DNA of 39,962 nucleotides from Elusimicrobiota bacterium (GTDB lineage: Bacteria; Elusimicrobiota; Elusimicrobia; Elusimicrobiales; UBA9959), in contig DAIENX010000020.1 of the NCBI GenBank assembly GCA_027340875.1, forward strand, positions 1 through 39,962, given 5' to 3'. Shown here piece by piece: positions 17,201-25,533 of this stretch. The first letter of the stretch is position 1. The number at the start of each line of letters is the position of its first letter. The notes beneath the pieces are model-generated. The model saw only the letters and a program-made list of their open reading frames with translations. It made no database searches and was not told the origin of the DNA. The position numbers and the translations under genes are program-made.

Positions 17201-17827
17201 GACTCTCCGGGCAGGGCGGACCTCTCCGAGATCATGCACGAGACCGAGCGCGGCGCGGCCCTGACGCGCCAGCTGTCCACGATAGGCCGCAAGGAACCCG
17301 AGAACCCGCGGGACGTGGATCTGAGCCATGACATCGAGGACGCCTGCCGCATGCTCAAGCGCCTGATAGGCGCGGATATACGCCTGGAGACCAGGCTGGT
17401 CCCCGGTTTGCCGCGGGTCTGCGCCGGTGTCGGCCAGATATCCCAGCTGGTCATGAACCTGGTCCTGAACGCGCGCGACGCGATGCCGGACGGCGGGCGC
17501 ATAATCGTTACCACGGGCCTGCAGGACTTCACCGGCGGCGACGGCATGCCCATCACCCCGGCGCCGGGGAAGTACGTATTCATGGAAGTCCAGGACGACG
17601 GGCAGGGTATGACGCCGGAGACGGCCAGGCAGGCCTTCGAGCCCTTCTTCACCACGAAGGAGTCCGGAAAAGGCACCGGCCTGGGGCTCTCCGTGGTCTA
17701 TTCCATAGTCAAGCAGGCTGGAGGAGGGATAGCGTTGACCAGCTCCCCGGGCTCCGGCACCGCCATCAGGATCCTGCTGCCGCCCTGCGCAGCCGACCGG
17801 ACAGCCCCGTCCCGCCGAAAGCCTTAA
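14270..17827 (+). CDS. Cytoplasmic multi-PAS (7 PAS) sensor histidine kinase without a receiver
   Basis: Seven PAS/PAC-like segments; GQLAGGIAHDFNN, NLVLNARDAM, DDGQGM, FEPFFTTK, GTGLGL. GGGAGG SD before the ATG at 14270. Confidence 0.93.
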   Translation: MDGEQDKYRTFFGNVPAMVCFVDFDGRILELNRAWETSTGFSREELAGQPWAGFIHPEDIEAAWAGQKKAMSGEPATAQLRIRCKGGSYKWFLISGYADKDRSVLYTAASDISALKETETSLRASEHQLRRIIDKAPISMAIVGMDEKIEYINRRAEETFGYPSSEIPTMKDWWEKAYPDEAYRKEVLADWMGRVMDGIKRNGEIAGNQYRVTCRDRSVKTCFIYGVIAAGKVFVMFEDISERVKTGEMLQTSEKRLKSILEEAPVAIAVSSKGGKLEMLNRKFTQIFGYTLEDIPDLETMGREVYPDERYRQEVISYWAEVQSASHDPGEELHPREFRVRCKDGTYRTVISSTVVTDDDKIVTINEDVTEQVAAEQVLRESETNLRSVLEQAPIGIMLRTLDGGIEFLNRKFTEQFGYTVEDIPTAGKWQECALPDETYRREMMVPYLRRLGEVRETGGELPPMQLRITCKDGTVKQVSLTGMITRDKKVLTLLEDISERARAQEELRFSESTLRSVIEQAPISIAVYSLEGKLDFLNRKFTHTFGYLPEEIPTAGDWMQKAYPDKAYREQLNAKWAALLEKAVRTNGEIEGGEYRVVAKDGTDRTVFIHGVVTAGKKVVCLLDDVTSRVRTERALRESESTLRRILDQAPIAIAVHTLEGNIEFTNRKFTEAYGYQLEDIPTLETWMRRAYPDPQYREGLLDMWKQWMDNSLRTGQAMPGTEVRVRCRDGRTKYVFVTGVVTPDRKVVSILDDITGRVESERALRERESLYRALVETTRTGYVVIDGQGRVVDANREYVRLAGFTDLKQIMGRSVLDWTAPHEKARNAAAVAKCARDGHIHNFEVEYVNPEGETTPIEINATVVSRDGVNNILTLCRDISQRRRRLEELRAFNEELEKRVAERTAELKKANIGLSMEIAQRMDAERNTQKLQQELQRAQRMEALGQLAGGIAHDFNNILVAISGYAEFLMSTLPGDSPGRADLSEIMHETERGAALTRQLSTIGRKEPENPRDVDLSHDIEDACRMLKRLIGADIRLETRLVPGLPRVCAGVGQISQLVMNLVLNARDAMPDGGRIIVTTGLQDFTGGDGMPITPAPGKYVFMEVQDDGQGMTPETARQAFEPFFTTKESGKGTGLGLSVVYSIVKQAGGGIALTSSPGSGTAIRILLPPCAADRTAPSRRKP

Positions 17828-20345
17828 GCACCTCGAACCATGCCAGGCTCACGGCCCCGCCGCCCAGCGCGACGAGCAGGTCGTGACCGTGCATGAACCC
17901 GAAGTGGAACAGACCGCGCAGGAAAGGCACGTAGAGCGTGAGGCCCATGACGGCCAGCGCTCCGGCGCAGACCCACCACAGCGTCAGGTGAGCCTCTTTC
18001 AGCGTCCTGGCGAAGTTGTCCTTCCAGGACAGATTGGTGATTATGAGCATCAGGTTGGCGAAGACCAGGGCCGTGAACGAGAGCGCGCGGGCCTCCTCCT
18101 CGCCTTTACCCAGCCGCAGCGAGAGCAGGAAGATCCCGAAGACCACGGCCAATACGCTGAAGCCCTGAAGCAGGCTGAGCATCGCCATCCCTTTGGAGAA
18201 CAGCGGCTCGTCGGGGGAGCGGGGCGGCCGCGACATGATGTCGTGCTCTTCGCGCCCGGCCTCGAACACGACGGAGCAGGCCGGGTCTATTATCAGCTCC
18301 AGGAAGGCGATGTGCGCCGGCAGCAGCACCACCGGCATGCCGAAGAGGACGGGCAGCAGCGACATGCCGGCTATCGGGACGTGCACGGAGAGAATGTAGG
18401 CGATGGCCTTCTTCAGGTTATCGTAGATCCTGCGGCCCAGGCGTATCGCGTGCACTATGCTGGAGAAATCGTCGTCCATCAGCACTATCGCGGCGGCCTC
18501 GCGGGCCACGTCCGTGCCGCGCCCGCCCATCGCCACCCCGATATGCGCGGATTTGAGGGCCGGCGCGTCGTTGACGCCGTCCCCGGTCATCGCCACTATC
18601 TCGCCGTTGGCCTTCAGCGCGTCCACGATGGCGAGCTTCTGCTCCGGCACCACCCTGGCGAAAACGGATATTCCTTTTATCCTCTCACGCAGCTCCGCCG
18701 GGGCCATCCCGGCCAGCTCCGGCCCGGTCAGGACTTTCTCCGGATCGCGCAGCCCGATCTCCCGGGCTATGTAAGAGGCCGTGCCCGGATAATCCCCGGT
18801 GATCATCACCACCCTGATGCCGGCCGCTGCGGCTTCCGCCACGGACGCCGGAACCCCGTCGCGTACGGGGTCCATGAACGCGCACAACCCTCCGAACTCG
18901 AACTCGAAATCATGCTGGGCCTGCGGCAGGCCCGTCTTGTCAGACCACGCGCGCGCCACGGCCAGCACCCGCAGTCCCCTCGAGGACAGCCCGGCCACCG
19001 CCTTCATCACCCCGGCGGCCGCTTCCGGCCCGAGATGGCAGAGGTCTATTATCGCCTCCGGCGCGCCCTTGGCGGCCACCACGTAGCGCATATGGTCGGG
19101 AGACTCCCACGCGTGCGCCAGCGAGAGCAGCTCTTTGGACAGCGGATATTCGCGCACCACCTTCCAGTCGCGGTGCAGGTGCTCGGTCCCCGTAAGACAG
19201 CCGGCGCCGAAGCGCTTCAGCTCCTTCTCTATCGGGTCGAACGGGTCCTCCTGGCTGGCCAGTATGGCGTATTCGGCCAGGGCGTGGAACTCCTCGGGCA
19301 GCTCGTTGGCGCCGTCGCTGACCCTATGGAAGCCGCCGTCGGTCCAGAGCTCCCGCAGGCGCATGGAGTTCAGCGTCAGCGTCCCCGTCTTGTCGGTGCA
19401 CAGCACCGTCGCCGCGCCCATCGTCTCTATGGCCTGCATACGGCGCGTCAGCACGTTCTTGCGGGAGATGCGCCAGGCGCCAATGGTGAGGAAGATCACC
19501 AGCACCACCGGGAACTCCTCCGGCAGCATAGCCATGCCCAGCGTCAGTCCGGAGAGGAAGCCCTTCAGCCAGGTCCCGCGCGAAAGCCCCATGACCAGCA
19601 CCACCGCCGCGCAGAGGACGGCGCCGGTCACCGCGAAGATGCGGACTATGCGCCCGGTCTCCCGGTTCAGCGGCGTCTCTTCCTGCGCTATGGATTCCAG
19701 CGCTCGGCCTATGCGGCCGATCTCCGAGCGGGGGCCGGTGGCGGCCGCCCTCACCAGAGCCCTGCCCTGCACCACGAGCGACCCGGAGAAGACGTAGGGG
19801 AGATCGTCGCCGCCGGGGCGGGGTACGGGCGCGGCGCCGTCCCACGGGGCTTTACGGACCGGCACGCTCTCGCCGGTAAGGAGCGATTCGTCGGCGCTGA
19901 AGTTCACGCAGGCCAGCACGTGAGCGTCCGCGGGCACGCGGTCGCCCTCGGTCAGGTAGATCAGATCGTCCCTGACCACCTCCCGGCCCGGCACGCGCAG
20001 CTGGCGGCCGCCGCGGATGACCAGAGCCCGGGGGCTGGCCAGGCCGCGCAGGGCGTCCAGGGCGTTCTCGGTCTTGCGCTCCTGGTAAAAGGTGATGCCG
20101 ATCACCACCAGCACGAAGGTCAGCAGCATCATCGCGTCCTTGACCCCGCCGAGAACGAGGTAGATGCCGCCGGCGGCCAGCAGCAGCAGGAGCATGGGCT
20201 CCTTCAGCACGCCTAAAGCGAGGGAGAGGATGGACCGCTTCTTCTGGGAGGGGAGCTCGTTCAGGCCTTCCTCGGAGCGCCGGGCCAGCACTTCGGCGTC
20301 GGTCAGCCCCTTGGCGGAAGCCAGCAGTTCGTTGAGGTCGGGCAT
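17766..20345 (-). CDS. Cation-transporting P-type ATPase (type II-like)
   Basis: LTGES, PEEFP, CTDKTGTLT, KGAPE, MITGD, TGDGVNDAPAL; about 10 TM segments. Start at 20345 (GGAAGG upstream) or 20357. Confidence 0.95.
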   Translation of the reverse strand: MPDLNELLASAKGLTDAEVLARRSEEGLNELPSQKKRSILSLALGVLKEPMLLLLLAAGGIYLVLGGVKDAMMLLTFVLVVIGITFYQERKTENALDALRGLASPRALVIRGGRQLRVPGREVVRDDLIYLTEGDRVPADAHVLACVNFSADESLLTGESVPVRKAPWDGAAPVPRPGGDDLPYVFSGSLVVQGRALVRAAATGPRSEIGRIGRALESIAQEETPLNRETGRIVRIFAVTGAVLCAAVVLVMGLSRGTWLKGFLSGLTLGMAMLPEEFPVVLVIFLTIGAWRISRKNVLTRRMQAIETMGAATVLCTDKTGTLTLNSMRLRELWTDGGFHRVSDGANELPEEFHALAEYAILASQEDPFDPIEKELKRFGAGCLTGTEHLHRDWKVVREYPLSKELLSLAHAWESPDHMRYVVAAKGAPEAIIDLCHLGPEAAAGVMKAVAGLSSRGLRVLAVARAWSDKTGLPQAQHDFEFEFGGLCAFMDPVRDGVPASVAEAAAAGIRVVMITGDYPGTASYIAREIGLRDPEKVLTGPELAGMAPAELRERIKGISVFARVVPEQKLAIVDALKANGEIVAMTGDGVNDAPALKSAHIGVAMGGRGTDVAREAAAIVLMDDDFSSIVHAIRLGRRIYDNLKKAIAYILSVHVPIAGMSLLPVLFGMPVVLLPAHIAFLELIIDPACSVVFEAGREEHDIMSRPPRSPDEPLFSKGMAMLSLLQGFSVLAVVFGIFLLSLRLGKGEEEARALSFTALVFANLMLIITNLSWKDNFARTLKEAHLTLWWVCAGALAVMGLTLYVPFLRGLFHFGFMHGHDLLVALGGGAVSLAWFEVLKAFGGTGLSGRLRRAAAGS

Positions 20346-20370
20346 CGTTCCTTCCATAGATTAGCCCGCG

Positions 20371-20451
20371 AAAAAGCCGCGGGGGGTATAGTCCCGCGGC
20401 TTTCCCGCTGCCTTCCGGCCCGGCCGCGCCCCAAGGGGGCCGCCTGATCTG
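20371..20451 (-). ncRNA. Candidate riboswitch/attenuator in the ATPase leader (Na+ / DUF1646-motif-like)
   Basis: Leader AGAUCAGGCGGCCCCCUUGGGGCGCGGCCGGGCCGGAAGGCAGCGG followed by terminator AAAGCCGCGGG...CCCGCGGCUUUUU. CGCGGC in the upstream part can sequester the terminator 5' arm. The class assignment is from recalled consensus only. Confidence 0.55.
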
Positions 20452-20457
20452 TGCGAT

Positions 20458-20486
20458 ATTCTAAGAAAAGCCGCGCGTCTTTGCAA
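20458..20486 (-). promoter_or_regulatory. Sigma70 promoter of the P-type ATPase leader
   Basis: TTGCAA (20481-20486), 17-bp spacer, TAGAAT (20458-20463). Confidence 0.7.
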
Positions 20487-20496
20487 CCGCCGGCGT

Positions 20497-20541
20497 TTGC
20501 CCCGGGATAGTTAGAAAACATATAATATGGTTCCTAACTAT
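20497..20541 (+). promoter_or_regulatory. marR operon promoter overlapped by a palindromic operator
   Basis: TTGCCC-18-TATAAT. Inverted repeat ATAGTTAGAAAACATAT-A-ATATGGTTCCTAACTAT (20507-20541, 15/17 match) spans the -10. Confidence 0.7.
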
Positions 20542-20543
20542 TT

Positions 20544-21077
20544 ATGCGCCAACCAGAAGACCGTAGAAAACTGCTGCTGCGGAACATGCCCAGAGGCGCC
20601 CGCCTGCGGGGACTGGCCGCGTTATACCCGGAGACCGACCCCGGGGCCATGGAGGTCTACGGCGCGCTGCTGGAGATCTCCTCCGACATACTCGCGGCCA
20701 GCAACTCCGCCCTGGCCCGCAGCGGCATGTCCCAGGCACGCTTCCGCCTGATGCTGCACCTGCGCAGGGCCGGCTCCGACGGCCTGCACCCGATGGACCT
20801 CGCCAGCGCCCTGGGAGTGGAGCGGGCCACCGTGACCGGCCTGGTGGACGGGATAGAGAAGGACGGACTGGCCAGGCGCCTGCCGTGCCGCGGGGACAGG
20901 CGTTCCATACTCGTGGCCCTTACGCCGAAGGGCGCGCGCCTGATGGACGAACTGGCCCCCGAGCGCCTCCGCCGGGTCGCGCTGCTGATGTCCGGCCTGA
21001 CCCCCGCGGAAAAGAAGGCGCTGGTCAGGCTGCTGGACAAGGTGGGGGAAAAGCTCCACGCCTTCGCTACGATATGA
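20544..21077 (+). CDS. MarR-family transcriptional regulator
   Basis: wHTH pattern DLASALGVERATVTGLVDGIEKDG...DRRSILVALTPKG. Confidence 0.92.
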   Translation: MRQPEDRRKLLLRNMPRGARLRGLAALYPETDPGAMEVYGALLEISSDILAASNSALARSGMSQARFRLMLHLRRAGSDGLHPMDLASALGVERATVTGLVDGIEKDGLARRLPCRGDRRSILVALTPKGARLMDELAPERLRRVALLMSGLTPAEKKALVRLLDKVGEKLHAFATI

Positions 21078-22372
21078 GAATACTTCTTCTGCTGCTGCTC
21101 ACGCTGCTGCCCGGCTTCGCCGCCGCCGAGGACCTTAGCCTCGGACGCGCCGTCAACCTGGCCCTGGACAACAACCTCCATATGAAGCTGGCCCGCGCCG
21201 ACGGGGAGACCGCCCGCGCGGAGGCCCTCTCCCGGGCCTCCAGGCTGCTGCCCCAGGCCTACTTCTCAGCCTCGCAGAGCCGGACTTTCAGGGAGAACCT
21301 CAGCTCCATAGGCTTCGGCGCTCCCGGCGGCGGCCCCAACCTGATAGGGCCGTTCGACACTTTCGACGCCAGGCTCGCCCTGGTCCAGTCGCTGCTCGAC
21401 CTCCCCTCGGCCAACTCCGCCCGTTCCGGAGCCGAGGCGCGCCGGGCCGCCGACCTCAAGGTACAGCTGGCCTCGGAGCAGGTCTCCGCGGCCGCCGCCC
21501 TCGCCTATCTGGACGTGCTGCGCTCCTCCGCGGCCCTGAATTCCGCCTCCGCGGGCTTCGAGCTGGCCGGCAGCCTCCGCTCCCTTGCCGAGAACAAGCA
21601 TGACGCCGGCACCGCCACGGGTCTCGACGTCCTGCGCGCCAGGACCCGCGAGGCGGAGGAGAAGCTCCGCGTCAGCAGGGTCTCCACGGCTCTCGACGAC
21701 GCCTGGCTGAGGCTCAAGCGCCTGCTGGGCCTGCCTTTCGGCAGGGACCTGCGCCTCACCGAGGACCTGGCCTACACCTCTTATGAGACCCCTGAAGCAG
21801 GAGCGGCCGTGAAAGAAGCCCTTTCGGGGCGCCTGGAGATACAGATCGCGGCCGCGGCGCTTTCCGCTTCCTCCTACGCCCTGAAGGCCGCCAGGGGAGC
21901 CAGGCTGCCGGCCCTGGCCCTCTCCGGCTCGGCGGCCATGAGCGGCAACAAGCCCGACGGCAACGCCAGGCTGGTCGGCGACATGGGCCTTTCGCTGAAG
22001 ATGCCGTTGTACGCCGGCGGCCGGGTGTCGGCCGGAGTGGACGCCGCGCTCTCCGCCCGTGAACGGGCGGAAAGCCTGTACGCCGACGCTTCCGCCATGG
22101 CGGAGCAGGAGACCCTTTCGGCCCTGAGCCGCCTGTCGGCGGCCGACGAGGAGGTGGCCACAGCTTCGATGACGGTGACGATGGCCTCCCAGGAGCTGGA
22201 GATGGCCCGCAACCGCTTCGCCGCCGGGGCGGGGGACAACATAGAGCTGGTAGAGGCGCAGACCTCCCTTTCGCGCGCCAGGGACGCCCTGGTGGACGCG
22301 CTGTCCCGCGGCAAGGAGGCCAACATCCGCCTTACGCTGGCCCTGGGCCGCATGAAGGACCTTAAGTTCTGA
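21074..22372 (+). CDS. TolC-family outer-membrane efflux protein
   Basis: Signal peptide MRILLLLLL; two OEP repeats (LLPQAYFSAS; RLPALALSGS...LKMPLYAGG); ATGA overlap with marR; C-terminal F. Confidence 0.9.
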   Translation: MRILLLLLLTLLPGFAAAEDLSLGRAVNLALDNNLHMKLARADGETARAEALSRASRLLPQAYFSASQSRTFRENLSSIGFGAPGGGPNLIGPFDTFDARLALVQSLLDLPSANSARSGAEARRAADLKVQLASEQVSAAAALAYLDVLRSSAALNSASAGFELAGSLRSLAENKHDAGTATGLDVLRARTREAEEKLRVSRVSTALDDAWLRLKRLLGLPFGRDLRLTEDLAYTSYETPEAGAAVKEALSGRLEIQIAAAALSASSYALKAARGARLPALALSGSAAMSGNKPDGNARLVGDMGLSLKMPLYAGGRVSAGVDAALSARERAESLYADASAMAEQETLSALSRLSAADEEVATASMTVTMASQELEMARNRFAAGAGDNIELVEAQTSLSRARDALVDALSRGKEANIRLTLALGRMKDLKF

Positions 22373-22399
22373 AGCCGAGCCGTTCTTCCTAGGAGAGAT

Positions 22400-23278
22400 A
22401 TGACCGACAATACCACTGCCGAGCCGAAGCATCACCGCAGGAAGCCGCACTGGGGCGTGCTGGTCCTCATAGCCGCCGCGGCCGCCATAGCGGGCGGCTA
22501 CTACTGGGTCCATTCAGCGGCGCACGAGACCACCGACGACGCCACGATAGAGTCCCACGTGCTGCCGGTCAGCTCCAAGGTCTCCGGCCAGATCGTCGAG
22601 GTAGCGGTGGACGACAACCAGCACGTCGAGAAGGGCGCGCTGCTGGCCCGCATAGACCCGCGCGACTACCAGGTGAAGCTGGACCAGGCCCGGGCCGAGC
22701 TCGCCGCGGCCGATGCCGAGGCCGCCCGCGCCGAAGCCGACGCCGAGCGCGCCAGGCAGCTTTTCGGGAAGGACAACGTTTCCCGCCAGGTCTACGACAA
22801 GGCGCTGGCGGACTCCGGAGTGATGAAGGCCCGGGCCGAGCTCGCCGGGAAGAAGCTGGCCGCGGCCGAGCTGGACCTCTCGTACACCCGCATCACCGCG
22901 CCCGAGTCCGGCAAGGTGACCAAGAAGAACGCCGAGCAGCGCGCCTTCGTCCAGGTGGGCCAGCCGCTGATGGCCATAGTCACCGACGAGGCCTGGGTGG
23001 TCGCCAATTTCAAGGAGACCCAGCTTACCCGCATCCGCCCCGGGCAGGAGGTCACGGTCGAAGTGGACACCTATCCCGGCCGGAAGCTCAAGGCCCACGT
23101 GGACAGCATCCAGTCCGGCACCGGCTCGCGCTTCAGCCTGCTGCCGGCCGAGAACGCCACCGGCAACTTCGTAAAGGTGGTGCAGCGGGTCCCGGTCAAG
23201 ATCGTCTTCGACGAGCCCCTTGACGGCCTGATGCTGGTGCCCGGCATGTCCGTGGTGCCTACCGTGCATCTCAAATAA
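22400..23278 (+). CDS. emrA: HlyD/EmrA-family membrane fusion protein
   Basis: N-terminal TM, ETTDDA, ANFKETQL, FSLLPAENATGNFVKVVQRVPVKI; AGGAG SD. Confidence 0.93.
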   Translation: MTDNTTAEPKHHRRKPHWGVLVLIAAAAAIAGGYYWVHSAAHETTDDATIESHVLPVSSKVSGQIVEVAVDDNQHVEKGALLARIDPRDYQVKLDQARAELAAADAEAARAEADAERARQLFGKDNVSRQVYDKALADSGVMKARAELAGKKLAAAELDLSYTRITAPESGKVTKKNAEQRAFVQVGQPLMAIVTDEAWVVANFKETQLTRIRPGQEVTVEVDTYPGRKLKAHVDSIQSGTGSRFSLLPAENATGNFVKVVQRVPVKIVFDEPLDGLMLVPGMSVVPTVHLK

Positions 23279-24846
23279 TGGCCGCCGAGGCACCTGCGCA
23301 GCGCGGCTACTGGAAGCCCGTCCACTCCCCGTGGCTGGTCAGCTTCTCCGTCATGCTGGGCATGTTCATGCAGGTGCTCGACACCTCCGTCGCCAACGTC
23401 TCCCTTCCGCACATAGCCGGCGGGCTTTCCGCCTCCACTCACGAGGTCTCCTGGGTGCTGACCAGCTACATCGTGGCCAGCGCGATAGTCCTGGCCGCCT
23501 CCGGCTGGCTCAGCGCGCTGATAGGCCGCAAACGCTACCTGGCCATCTCCGTCGGACTCTTCACGGTATCCTCCGCGCTCTGCGGCATGGCGCAGACCCT
23601 GCCGCAGCTGGTCTTCGCCCGCATCCTGCAGGGCATAGGCGGCGGCGGCCTGCAGCCGCTTTCGCAGGCCGTCATGCTCGAGAGCTTCCCGCAGGAGAAG
23701 CGCACGCAGGCCATGGCGGCCTACGGCCTGGGCATAGTCGTGGCGCCGATCATCGGACCTATACTCGGCGGCTGGATAACCGACAACTTCTCCTGGCGCT
23801 GGATCTTCTACATAAACCTGCCGGTGGGCATACTGGGACTGGCCTTGCAGCATATGTTCCTGGAGGACCCGCCCTACCTGAAGCGCGCTAATATCGCGAG
23901 CATAGACCGCTGGGGCCTGTTCTTCATGATGATAGGTCTCGGGGCCTTCCAGCTGGTGATGGACAAGGGTCAGGAGGTGGACTGGTTCGCGGACGCCTGG
24001 ATACGCTTCGGGACCTTCGCGTTCTCCGTCTTCCTGCCGCTGTTCGCGTGGTGGGAGGTGCGCCGGCAGCAGCCGCTGCTGAACCTGCGGCTGCTGAAGA
24101 GCCGCAACCTGGCGCTGGGCTCGTCGCTCTCCGCCGTGCTCGGCGCGGTGCTGATGGGCTCCACGGCCATCCTGCCGATCTTCATGCAGACGCTGCTGGG
24201 CTACCCGGCCTTCCAGAGCGGCATGGCCATGATGCCGCGCGGCATCGGCTCGCTGATCTCGATGATGGTGATCAGCCGGATGGTGCGGGGTTTCGGCAAC
24301 CGGGTGATGATAGTCGTCGGCTTCATCGGCATAGCCGTGACGCTGCTGATCTTCTCGAGGTACAACCTCGACATCTCCCGCTACAACGTGATGGCGCCGC
24401 TGTTCTTCAACGGCCTGATGATGGGCTTCATCTTCGTGCCGCTGACCACGCTGTCGATGGCCAACCTGAAGCAGGCCGACATACAGCAGGCCAGCAGCAT
24501 CTTCAGCCTGCTGCGCAACATCGGCGCCAGCTTCGGCATCTCGATCATGTTCACGATGCAGGCCAGGATGGCCCAGGTGCACCAGACCGCGCTGGCCTCC
24601 CACGTGACCGACTACGGCCAGCAGTTCCAGTACTGGTCGGCGCAGATAGGCCGCCTGTTCCACTCCGGCGCGGCCGCCTACGGCTTGGCCTACAAGAACA
24701 TCATGATGCAGGCCGTCCTGCTGTCCTTCCTGGACTGCTTCAGGTGGCTCTCCTACACCGCGCTGATCACCGCGCCGTTCGTGCTGCTGTTCCACGGCAG
24801 CCGCCACATAAAGACCCAGGCCGAGATCGAGGCCGTCTGGGAATAA
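23278..24846 (+). CDS. emrB: DHA2-family MFS efflux permease (EmrB/QacA)
   Basis: MQVLDTSVANVSLPHI, SWVLTSY, ARILQGIGGG, WRWIFYINLPVG; about 14 TM segments. Confidence 0.94.
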   Translation: MAAEAPAQRGYWKPVHSPWLVSFSVMLGMFMQVLDTSVANVSLPHIAGGLSASTHEVSWVLTSYIVASAIVLAASGWLSALIGRKRYLAISVGLFTVSSALCGMAQTLPQLVFARILQGIGGGGLQPLSQAVMLESFPQEKRTQAMAAYGLGIVVAPIIGPILGGWITDNFSWRWIFYINLPVGILGLALQHMFLEDPPYLKRANIASIDRWGLFFMMIGLGAFQLVMDKGQEVDWFADAWIRFGTFAFSVFLPLFAWWEVRRQQPLLNLRLLKSRNLALGSSLSAVLGAVLMGSTAILPIFMQTLLGYPAFQSGMAMMPRGIGSLISMMVISRMVRGFGNRVMIVVGFIGIAVTLLIFSRYNLDISRYNVMAPLFFNGLMMGFIFVPLTTLSMANLKQADIQQASSIFSLLRNIGASFGISIMFTMQARMAQVHQTALASHVTDYGQQFQYWSAQIGRLFHSGAAAYGLAYKNIMMQAVLLSFLDCFRWLSYTALITAPFVLLFHGSRHIKTQAEIEAVWE

Positions 24847-24872
24847 AAAAGGCCGCCAGGCGGCGGCCCTTT
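24845..24872. terminator. Intrinsic terminator between convergent genes
   Basis: AAAAAA-GGCCGCC-AGGC-GGCGGCC-CTTT. Confidence 0.7.
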
Positions 24873-24888
24873 CGGATATCTCCTCCCG

Positions 24889-25410
24889 CTATTTCCTGTT
24901 ATAGAAGCCCAGTATAAGGCCCAGAGCCACCGACCACAGCGCCGCCAGCCCTATGCGGTAGTGCACCGGGAGCATGAAGGTCACGGTGTGGGCCGGCACC
25001 CAGAACCAGAGCAGCGAAAGGAAGGCCTTGTCCAGGTTCGCCCAGTTCGGCGCGCCGTCGATGAAGTTGTCTATCAGCCGGTGCGAGATCACGAGGAAAG
25101 GCCCGAACTGCAGGTTCATCGCGAGGGATATGGCAAAGGCGGTCCCGAACGCGCCCAGCTCCGGCAGCAAGCCGTGCGCGGTCAGGGCGGGGATGAACGC
25201 CACGAAGCCGGTGAAGGCGTACTTGATGGCCACGGCCAGCAGCGCCCAGCCGGCCATGCGCAGCAGCGTGCCGCGCGCGCCGAAGGGGGCGAAGACGCGG
25301 CGGGCGGCCAGCCATCTGGAAGCGGTCTCTCCGAGTGTTCCCAGCACGGCGAACTGCGTCATGGCCGTAGTTATCGGGTGCGTTTTTACCAGTTCCACGT
25401 ACCATTCCAT
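24889..25410 (-). CDS. Small integral membrane protein, Mpv17/PMP22-like
   Basis: 4-5 TM segments; HPITT near the N-terminus; FWVPAHTVTFMLPVHYRI...WS C-terminal pattern. Start 25410 lies 6 nt after TG-G-TAACAT. Confidence 0.7.
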   Translation of the reverse strand: MEWYVELVKTHPITTAMTQFAVLGTLGETASRWLAARRVFAPFGARGTLLRMAGWALLAVAIKYAFTGFVAFIPALTAHGLLPELGAFGTAFAISLAMNLQFGPFLVISHRLIDNFIDGAPNWANLDKAFLSLLWFWVPAHTVTFMLPVHYRIGLAALWSVALGLILGFYNRK

Positions 25411-25430
25411 GCGCATATGTTACCATTTCC

Positions 25431-25498
25431 CAAAAGGTACCAGGTACCTTTTGAACTTTGAGCGAAAATCCATCAAAAAGGTACCTGGTACCTTTTTG
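25431..25498. repeat. REP-like palindrome doublet
   Basis: CAAAAGGTACC-A-GGTACCTTTTG (25431-25453) and CAAAAAGGTACC-T-GGTACCTTTTTG (25474-25498), mutually inverted with a 20-bp spacer. Confidence 0.8.
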
Positions 25499-25533
25499 TG
25501 GCTTTTGTATAATGGGGTAGAACAGGAGGGAAT

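Noticed and set aside
17883..20216. Long antisense or alternate-frame ORFs (also 5524-6978, 9279-10511, 10597-11778, 23071-24807, 26088-27335, 38593-39957)
   Set aside because: Shadow ORFs of well-supported genes caused by high GC3; they have no recognisable motifs.
20404..20430. SRP RNA (ffs), suggested by CGGGCCGGAAGGCAGC
   Set aside because: It lacks the full CAGGUCCGGAAGGAAGCAGC helix-8 pattern and a long closing stem, and it sits as a cis leader with a competing terminator. A cmscan would settle this.
20885..21073. N-terminal extension of the TolC-family protein overlapping marR
   Set aside because: The signal peptide starts at ATG 21074, with a standard ATGA coupling to the marR stop.
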